DNA of 64,000 bases from Scenedesmus sp. PABB004 (Eukaryota): positions 3,658,001 through 3,722,000 of the forward strand of contig CM026547.1 of assembly GCA_014905635.1 (NCBI GenBank), in the 5' to 3' direction. This document shows, one piece after another, positions 56,048 through 64,000 of this stretch. The notes beneath the pieces were generated by a model. The model ran no database searches, was not told where the DNA came from, and was given only the letters and a program-made list of their open reading frames with translations. Position 1 is the first letter of the stretch; each line of letters begins with the position of its first letter. A program made the position numbers and the translations under genes.

Positions 56048-59033
56048 TCACTGCAGCAAGACGACGCGCGCGGCCCCGGACCGCAGCGCGACGCTGCCCT
56101 TGACTCCCAGCGCGCGCGCGTCAGGCGTCAGCGCAGTGACCCCCAGCTCGCCGCCGCCGGCCGCCGCTGCGGCGACCGCGCTTGCTGGCAGCGTCGCCGC
56201 GGCCCGGCCGGCGGCGTCGGTGACGGCTGATAGCTCCACGCGCGGCGAGCCGGCCCCCGCGGCGGCGCCCACCGCAAACACCACCGCCGCGCCCGGTACG
56301 GGCGCCCCGCCGCGCGTCAGCACGGCGGCCAGCTCCAGCGGCGCGCTGGCCGGGGCGGCGGCGGGCGCGACCAGCTCCAGCGCATCCAGCGCGGCAGCGG
56401 CCAACGCGACGCCGGCGCCCGCGGCGATCGCGGCCCGTCGGCGGCAGCGGCCGGTGCGGCGCGCGAGGCGGGCACGCACGCCCACCACCAGGCGTTGTCA
56501 CGGCGGCAGACGCTCCCGGACGCGCAGCAGAAGCCCTTCCACGCTGCGTCGGCGCACCCGCCCGCCACTCCGGGGCAGGCGTCGTCCTGGCCGCCGCACT
56601 TTTGCCACGCCTGGACGGTCTTGCAGCCGCCGCCGCCTCCGCTGGGCGGGGGGCTGGGCGCCGGCGCGGGTGGCGGCGTTGGGGACGGGGACGGCGGTCG
56701 CACGATGACGCCTGCGCGCGCCGAGTGCAGCATGTCAGGTGCGGGAGCACGGCCGCGGCTGCCGGGATCTCCGTGCGGCCGCCTGGCCCCGCGGCGCGCA
56801 CACGCACTCGGGCCGCCGCAGTCGCTGAGCTTCACGCCGTCCGCGGCAAACTGGACGAGGCCCGCCGCGGCGCCGGTGAAGCCAGCGTTGTAGTCAAACG
56901 CGACCTCGCTCTGCCGGTAGTCGTTGCGGATGTCGGGGTAGTTGTCCGACTGGTCGGGCCCGCCCACGAGCCCGCCGCGCAGCACGATCTGCGCCGGGTG
57001 GCTGGCCATGAAGTTGGACTCGTCGCAGCAGCCGCCGGGGCCAGTGCCTGCGCGTGCGTGCGGGGTTGTGCGTGCGAGGTCGTGTGAGCGAGCCGTGTGA
57101 ACGAGCTGTGGTGGACGCCGCGGCGTGTTGGTCAGCGCAGCGGCTGCTGCGCGCGGCGCCAGGCTCACCCTGCTCGCCGGCGCAGCAGGTGCCGCCGTTG
57201 AAGGGCGTGCACGGCTCGCTGTACTTGGCGGAGCACGCGCTCTGCCTGTGGTGGGGGCGCTGGGGCTGGTTGGGGCCGTAGCCGATGAGGAAGGACCTGC
57301 CCGTGGACGCGCCGGTGATGACGCGCATCTGGGACCGCACCCAGCAGATGTGGGCCTGGCGGCTGTCGCCGTACTTGCCCATGAGCGCAGCAATGAACAT
57401 CATGTTGCCTACCACCAGGCGGGCAGGGCAGGGCAGTCACGCGGGCGGGGTCAGCGCGTGAGTGACGTGGGGAGCAGGGCTGGGCGCCAGCTGCAGCTGT
57501 GCGTCGCACGCGGCCGCGGCGGCGCGCACCGTTGTTGCGCAGCGTGCCCCAGTCGCTGTAGTAAGCCATGCCCTTGGGCGTGTAGCACACGGTGGAGTAG
57601 GAGGGCGCAGGGCACTTGTTGTTGACGTCCTGCGGGGAGGGCGGGGAGCGACGACGGCCGGCGGGGAGGCTTGTCAGGGTGCCGGTCGCACTGGGCGACA
57701 CTCGTCGGCCGACCGGCCAGCGTTCAGTCTGCAGCGGCGGCGGCGCACCTCCCACTTGGCCAGGATGTAGCCCTCCAGGTAGGTCTTGGCCGCGGCGGCC
57801 TGGGGCAGGCCCAGGCTGACCGCGAGCGCGGCGGCGCCGGGCATGACGCTGTCCCAGTCGTAGCCGAGGCTGTAACGTATGTTGTTGGTCGCCATCGCGG
57901 TCCCGAACCAGCGCCCCGCCGTGCTGCACTGCGTGCTGCTGTACCGGCACATCCAGGCGGCTGCCCACGCCATGTGCGCGATGTGGCCGTCGGGCCAGTA
58001 GGTGGTGTAAGCCTGGAACACGCCGTCTGGCGTCTTCCAGCTGCGGCGGCAGCGGCGGCGGCGGCGGCGGCGGGTGTGCTCTTGCGCAGCGTGCGCAGCA
58101 CCACATGCTCGCCCGCACATGCAGCCGTGGCGCGCGCCGCGCGCACTTGCTGGGGTGCGCCTCGGCAAAGGCGAAGGCCTGCCGCGCGCGCCGGTACAGG
58201 CGCGCGGCGTAGCGGGTGTCGTTGGCCTGCCGGAACAGCACCGCGCCGGCCGCAAACGCGGCCGCATACTCCGCGGCCAGGTCGGCGCCGCCGGTCGCGG
58301 CATTGGCGACGTACGTGGGCCGCGCGTTGGTCGCGTGCTCAGGGCGGCCAAAGTATGAGTGGTCTACCTTATCCGCCAGCTGCGCAGGGGGGGGGGGGGG
58401 AGCGGCGCGCGGGGCGCGTGGGCCTCGGGGCCGCGCCCTACGCGGTGCGCGCGCGCCCCTCGGGCCGCGCCTGGCCGACAAACACGTTGGCCGCGGGGTC
58501 GTCCGACGCGGTGAGGTGGGCCTTGAGCAGCCACGCGGTCGCCCAGCGCACGTTGCGCAGGCCGACGGCCCACGCGCCCGCCGCCTCGTACGCGGAGCGG
58601 AACTCCAGCATGCCCAGCACCAGGTTGGCGGTGCCCCAGGCCAGCGGGTGAGGGATCTTCAGATAGTCTGCAGCGGCACAACGCCCGGTTTGAGGTGAGC
58701 GCATGCTGGCCAGCTGACAGCCAGTGCGGCGCGTGCGCGCAGCTGACGCCCGCGGCTCGCGCGCGCGCGCGCACCGCCGGCGTCGTAGTAGCCGCCGGAG
58801 AGGTCCTTGCCGATGTCCTTGCCGTCGTCGAGGTGCGCGGGCTTCTTCCAGCCGCCCGGCTTGCTGTAGAGCAGCTGGTTCCACGCCGGCAGCGCGCCGC
58901 TCATCTGGCCCTCGTAAAAATTCCAGCTCAGGCGCAGCAGGCGGGCGTGGTCGTCTTCCGCTGCGCGGACCACGGCGCCTGCGGCGGCGAGCGCCAGCAG
59001 CAGCGCGGCCGCCGAGGCGCGGCGGTGGCCCAT
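56048..59033 (-). CDS. Secreted GH9 endoglucanase, copy B (GH9 + linker + CBM1-like + Ig-like; frameshift before the Ig-like domain)
   Basis: MGHRRASAAALLLALAAAGAVVRA signal peptide and the same catalytic motifs as copy A. CBM1-like WQKCGG...DNAWWWACVP. The Ig-like domain is in another frame after about 56435. Confidence 0.9.
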
Positions 59034-60493
59034 GCCTCCGCACAGTACACGTTGGGTGTCGTGCAGCTGTGACGGTGCCGCCGGAGCCGCGCGCGGGCTG
59101 GGCGCGGCCGCACGAGTCGCGCGGCAGGCTCGACGAGCCCGGGCCAGCTGCCCCGACTTTCGCAGCCGGCGGGCGATCGAGGCGCTGGGCGCGAAGCAAT
59201 CGCGTGGATGCAGACTGTCGCTTTGGCGGTGCGGCGGGCGGATTGCGTTGGAGGCACTCGGCGCCGCCGCTTTGCACGCGGCGGTCGTCACTCTCGGCAA
59301 CTTCCGGCCGCTGCCCCTGGTGCTGCTGCCCCCGCCGAGCGACTGAGTGCCGCCGCGGTGGCGAGCGCGCGTGGGCCGGCTGGCGGGCGCGGGGGTGTGC
59401 GGGGTGCGGGGGTCTGTTGCGTTGACCGGCCTGCACTGCGTGGGCGCGCGCGCGCCCACGTGCACGCGGAGGCTGCAGCAGTGCGCCGAGCTGGCGCGCG
59501 AACCACAAACACTCGAAGTGACTTGACCGCCTCTCTGGGCGCACAAGGGGGACGGGGACGGAGGGGACACACTCGCGAGCGCATCGCGAGCGGATCGGAG
59601 CGGCGCGCAGTGTGCCGCGCGGCATGTGAACGCACTGCACTGATGTTCTCAGCGGCGGAGGGCGACGGGCGCGGTGGGGGCGTCACACTCGAGAACACAG
59701 CCCGCCCGCCGCCGCCTCCCTCGTCGTCACGCCCTTGCCGCCAGGATGCCGGCGACGCCGATGCCGACCGCCGTGCTGATGAACGCGCCCGCCACTGCGA
59801 TCGCCACGCCCGTGCCGGCGAGGCCCCCGACATCGCCGTCGCCGCCCGCCGCGCCGGCGCGCGTTCGCGCCGCGAGCAGCGCCTCCACAAACGCGACGCT
59901 GCCGGCCCGCAGCGCGTCCTTGCCGCCGGAGTCGATGACGCTGCCGTGCGCCAGCACCACGCGGTCAAACTCCCACCGCGCCAGCAGGTCGTCAAAGCAC
60001 GCCTTGAGCGCGCCTGCGCGGCGGTTGCGCGGCGTGCTCGGCCAGTGGGCCCCTCGCACGCGGCAGGGCCCTGCCCAGCCCGCAGCGCACGAGGACGGCC
60101 GCCGCCGCCGCGCCTGTCCGGTGCCGCCCAACCCGGCCGCGGCCCCCGGGCGGGCAGGTCACCTGGGTCTGTGATCAGCCACCGGAACGGCCGCGCCACG
60201 CAGCAGCGCCGCCGCCCGCCCGCGGCGGCGAGGTACGCGGCCAGCAGCGGCCCCGGCGGGCACGCCGCGGCGCTGGGGGCGTCGAGGTTGAACGCCAGGT
60301 CGGTCAGCAGCAGGCTGCGCGAGGGCCGGTGCAGCAGCGCGAGCTCGTCCAGCGTGTCGCAGCCCTGCATCTGCGCGGCGGCGGCGCGCGCGCGGGGCGG
60401 GCGCGCCGCCGTGTCGGCGCGCGCCGGCGGCGGTGCGCGCCGCCGCCGCGGCGCCGGCTGGCGCGCACCGGCAGCAGGTCCAAGCCCCGCGCC

Positions 60494-61427
60494 CTAGCCG
60501 CGCGCCGCCGGCGGCCGCCAAGGGCACCTTCACCGCCGCCAAGGGCAACAAGAACGGCCTGCGCGTCGACTTTGCCAAGTGGGACATGCGCGTCGGCGTG
60601 CAGACCTTCAAGACGCAGGACGACGCGGACAAGGCCGCCGCCGCCGGCCACAAGGCCATGAAGGCCAAGATCGGCGAGCTCTTCAAGGGCCGCGAGCGTG
60701 AGTGCGCCGGCCGCGCGGGGACGGGACGCCCCAGGGCGAGCGAGCGAGGGGCGGCCGGGGCGGCGGCGCGGGCAGCGTCGGCCGCGCGGCGCGCACTGCC
60801 CCCCCACCCCCGACCACGCCTCTGGCGCTGCGCGGGGCACGCGCCGACGCTGCCCGCGCCGCGCCGCGGCTTGGCGAGCATCGGGCGCGGCCCTGCCTTG
60901 ACTGCTCGCCGCCGCCCGCGGCGCTGCCCGCCGCCTTGCCCCGCCGCCGCCCCGCAGTGTCGCTGGCAGAGAAGGAGGACGCGCTGGCCGCGGCCCGGAC
61001 GGCCGCGCTGGCCGTGCGCAACGCGGCGGCCGGCGGGGGCGCCGGCGAGGGCGCCGGCGAGAGCGAGGCGCCGGCCAAGGGCAAGCGCGGGCGCGGCAAG
61101 GCGGCACCCGCCAAGGAGGGCGCGGCGCCGGCCAAGAAGCGCAAGTGAGCAGCAGGCAGCGGCTGGCGGCTGGCGGCGGCGGGGCCCGCAGCCGGACCTG
61201 GCCGCTGCCAGCAGCGCCGCCCCAGGCCCCGCGCCCGGCAGCAAGGTCGGCGGGGCGGGCGAGGGCTGCAGGCGGGCGGGGTGGACCATGCACAGCGGCG
61301 TGGGTGTGCAGCTGCACAGATCGTGCGTAAACCCTCGGCTCGGCGCGAGCCAAAGTAACGCGCTGCCTCGGCCCCCAGCGCTCTCTCAGCGCTCTCCCAG
61401 ACTGGGCGGCGCCGCCCAGACCTCTAG
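60494..61427 (+). mobile_element. CTAG-bounded inserted segment with a captured two-exon gene fragment (Helitron-like 3' end, unproven)
   Basis: CTAG at 60494-60497 and 61424-61427 coincide with both DUF4336 breakpoints. An 18-bp palindrome (61402-61419) lies just before the right CTAG. No transposase is present. Confidence 0.45.
60502..61148 (+). pseudogene. Start-less fragment of a small Lys/Ala-rich nuclear protein gene (2 exons)
   Basis: APPAAAKGTFTAAKGNKNGLRVDFAKWDMRVGVQTFKTQDDADKAAAAGHKAMKAKIGELFKGRE|LSLAEKED...PAKKRK*. Strongly biased codon usage and a GTGAG..CAG intron. No upstream in-frame ATG. Confidence 0.65.
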
Positions 61428-62295
61428 AGGTGGTGCAGCTGGCGGCGCGGCGGCGGCGGCGGCGGGCGAGGTACGTCAGCTGCGCGCTGCGGCCAGGCGC
61501 GCGCTGCGCGCTGCGGTGGGCTGCGCTGGCGCGCAGCAGCGCGGGGCTGGGCGGTGGACCTTGTTGGGCGCGACGATGAAGCACACGTCGCCGCGCGTGG
61601 CCAGCCAGGACAGCACGCCGGGCGTGGGGCCAAGCGGCGAGACCACGACCAGGCCCGTGCCGTGCGCCGCGCCGGGGAGCGGGTAGCCGGCGACGACCAT
61701 GCGCACCTGGCGTGTGTGGTGGTGGTGGTGGTGGTGGTGGTGGTGGTGGTGGTGGGGGTGGTGGTGGCTGGCTGGCCGCCGCGGGCGGGCGGCGAGTGCG
61801 CGGCACCACAGCGGCGCGGCGCCACCAGCAACGACGCCAGCAGCGGTGCGCGCTCCTCACCGGCATCCGCGCCAGGCCCAGAGCCCACGTGAGCGACCCG
61901 TCCCAGCACCAGAGCAGCTCGCCGCTGTCGCCGAGCTGCACCGGCGCCGGCGCCAGCCGCAGCGACATGGCGGCGAGGGCGCAGCGGCGGGCGCGGCGGC
62001 GGGCGCGGAGCTCAGTTCACCGAGCCGAGCGACGCCGCCATGTTCTCCTGGCCTAGCGGCTCCCACTGAGATGACGGGGCGCGATCGAGCTGCGGCCTGC
62101 TGCCAGGACGAGCGGCGGCAGCGGCAGCGGCAGCAGCGGCGGCGCGCGGAGCGGGACCACGATCGCGGTTGCGGCAGTGGCCCCTCAAGCTCTCCCGGCG
62201 ACCACCCCGTTCACTGGGCCACTGCGCGCCGCCGCAGCCCACCGCCGCTGCGCCCCGCCGCGCCCCGCCGCTGCGCCCTCGCGGCCGCCACATCG

Positions 62296-62600
62296 TCACG
62301 ACTCCAGGAGCTCGCGCAGCCCGGGGATCACCTCGCCCAGGGCCGCCTCGACGCCGGCGTCGCGCCAGCGCAGCGTCTTGATCGCCCAGACCACCTTTGC
62401 CGCCGCCTCGGTGTCGGACTCGAGGCTGAGCGTGCGCGCCGGCAGCACCTGCGGCGGCGCGGCGGCCGCGGCGGCCCTCGGCGCCCCGCCGCCGCGGGCC
62501 GGGCGTCGCGCTCGCGCCGCGCGCGCCCACCACCCACCTGCGCCACGGCGGCCAGCAGCGCGTCGTCGCGCAGGCCCAGGCTGCCCCCGCCGGTACCGCG
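62296..62600 (-). pseudogene. Orphan 3' gene fragment (2 exons, helical-repeat/OPR-like)
   Basis: SLGLRDDALLAAVAQ|VLPARTLSLESDTEAAAKVVWAIKTLRWRDAGVEAALGEVIPGLRELLES*, joined by a GT-AG intron. An in-frame TAA lies upstream and there is no ATG. Confidence 0.45.
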
Positions 62601-62674
62601 CTCGCACGGACCTCCAGCTCTGCGTTACCGCGGCGCGCCTCCCGCGCACGCGCACGCGCACGTGCGCCGCGCGC

Positions 62675-64000
62675 TCAGCTCGCCGCGGCGTTGAGCTCAA
62701 ACCACTGCCGCAGCAGGTCGGCGAGCGTCGCCGGCAGGGCCGCGATGTCGCGCAGCACGATGTAGTAGGGGAAGGGGAAGGTGTCGAGGTAGCGCTCAAA
62801 CACGGGCTTGCCGCCGACAAACTTGACGCTCTGCATGTCGAGCAGCGACGACGACCCGCCGCTGCCGCCGCGCGCGCGCCGCCGCCGCCGGCAGCGGCGG
62901 CGGCCGGGCCAGAGGGGCCCCCGCCGCCGCCGCCGCCGCCGCCGGGCGCGCTGCCGCCGGGCGCGCTGCCGCTGGGCGCGGCGTCGAGGGCAATGAAGAC
63001 GGGGCACACGCCCTGCGCCTCCACGAGCCGCCGCACGCCGCCGAGCAGGGCCTCCTTCTCGTGGAAGCGGCCGTCGCCGAGGACGAGCAGCAGCTGCCGC
63101 AGCTCGCCGCCGCCGCCGGCGCCCGCGCCCGCCGACGCACGCGCGCGCGCGGCCTCCAGCATCGCCTGCGCCGCGTCGACGAGCTGCAGCATCGGGCGGT
63201 CGGTGATGGTGTTGTCCTGGTCGAAGCGCAGCGCGGCCATGATGCCCGCGCCCGCGGCGTCGCTGAACGGCGCGTCGAGCGGCAGCAGCGGCGACACGCC
63301 GCCGCCGCCGCCGTATGCGAGCACGCCGAGCTCGCCGACCTCGAGCCGGCTCATCGCCTTGCACAGCAGCGCGAGCGCCTCGAGCGCAAACACGCCCGCG
63401 CGCGTCTCGGCCATGCTGCGGCTGTCGTCGACCGCCAGCAGCACCTGGTAGCGCCGCTTGTCGGGCCGCGCGCGGCGCATCCAGATCTTGTCGCGCCTGA
63501 ACTGGCTCGCGATGTAGCCAATCACGCGCCGCATGTTGAGCCGCTTGCCGCTGCGGAACTCGCCGCCGAGGCGGCTCGCGAGGCTCGGCTCCAGCAGCAG
63601 GCGCAGCTGCTCGCTCAGCTCGCCGGCCAGGCCCGACACGAGCGCGTCGCAGCGCGCCCACATGTCGCGCCCGTACGACGCGGCGGCGCCGCCGTCGCCG
63701 CCGTCGCCGCCGGCGCCCGCCGCCGCCGCGGCGTCGCGCAGCCGCGCGTCGAGGTCGGCGCGCAGCGCCTCGGCCGCCTCTGCCGGCATCTCCCTCGCCA
63801 GCAGCGCCGCGGCGTCGCCCTCGAGCCCCGCCGCGTCGTCGTCGTCGGCCAGCTGCGTGGCCGCCAGCCGCGCCGCAACCAGGCTGGGCAGCTCGCCCGC
63901 GTCGGCGGCGGCCGCGCCGCCCGCCGCCGCCGCGCCCTGCTCCAGCAGCTGCTGCCGCTGCGCCGCCTCGGCAGACGCGGCGTCCTCGGCCGGCTCGCCG
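62675..64000 (-). CDS. MDN1: Midasin/Rea1 C-terminal VWA (MIDAS) domain, 5' truncated by the window end
   Basis: LSEQLRLLLEP...GEFRSGKRLNMRRVIGYIASQFRRDKIWMRR..PDKRRYQVLLAVDDSRSM and YLDTFPFPYYIVLRDIAALPATLADLLRQWFE. Frame change near 62870. Confidence 0.95.
   Translation of the reverse strand, partial: RRAGRGRRVCRGGAAAAAAGAGRGGGGRRGRRRRGRAAQPGCGAAGGHAAGRRRRRGGARGRRRGAAGEGDAGRGGRGAARRPRRAAARRRGGGGRRRRRRRRRRRRVVRARHVGALRRARVGPGRRAERAAAPAAGAEPREPPRRRVPQRQAAQHAARDWLHREPVQARQDLDAPRAARQAALPGAAGGRRQPQHGRDARGRVCARGARAAVQGDEPARGRRARRARIRRRRRRVAAAAARRAVQRRRGRGHHGRAALRPGQHHHRPPDAAARRRGAGDAGGRARACVGGRGRRRRRRAAAAAARPRRRPLPREGGPARRRAAARGGAGRVPRLHCPRRRAQRQRARRQRARRRRRRRRGPLWPGRRRCRRRRRARGGSGGSSSLLDMQSVKFVGGKPVFERYLDTFPFPYYIVLRDIAALPATLADLLRQWFELNAAAS

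Larger units (their letters stand above)
59727..61968 (-). pseudogene. DUF4336-family (MBL-like) gene disrupted by an insertion with loss of its central part
   Basis: 5' half MPV|RMVV...LVVVSPL...GDVCFIVAPNK|LHHL ends at TAG (61424-61426). The 3' half resumes ARGLDLLP|MQGCDTLDELALLHRPSRSLLLTDLAFN...WEFDRVVLAHG, followed by a hydrophobic tail. Confidence 0.78.

Noticed and set aside
61424..61426. TAG read-through or recoding in the DUF4336 gene, given the adjacent hairpin
   Set aside because: The in-frame sequence after the TAG (RSGRRRPVWESAE...) does not resemble the family. The stop marks a breakpoint.
60433..61686. Intact nested antisense gene inside a DUF4336 intron
   Set aside because: There is no ATG start, and host coding sequence is missing at both borders, so it is not a simple intron-nested gene.

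Overview
Extremely GC-rich, gene-dense, intron-rich eukaryotic nuclear DNA. It is most consistent with a chlorophyte green alga of the Sphaeropleales type (inferred from GC content, short GC-rich introns, TGTAA poly(A) signals and plastid-targeted genes). About 20 protein genes can be reconstructed by hand: FdC2/FDX6-type ferredoxin, NAD kinase, DPH6, CHD1-like remodeller, Cys/Met PLP lyase, CCDC81-like protein, UFD1-UBX protein, SAND-domain protein, MBL-fold hydrolase, M16 insulinase, ATG3, a secreted GPI-like protein, KsgA/PFC1, two GH9 cellulases flanking a secreted metzincin, a disrupted DUF4336 gene and the 3' end of midasin. Most long ORFs in the supplied track are high-GC artefacts. Most notable observations: (1) a GH9-metzincin-GH9 cluster with GH9-linker-CBM1-Ig-like architecture, possibly a cell-wall lysis module; (2) a CTAG-bounded, hairpin-terminated insert carrying a captured, intron-containing gene fragment that replaces the middle of the DUF4336 gene; (3) very frequent GC-AG introns; (4) a 1.3 kb near-identical duplication next to a perfect 34-bp palindrome; (5) a 1 kb apparent gene-conversion tract between the GH9 paralogues. 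All gene models and family calls are manual and from motif recognition, not from searches.
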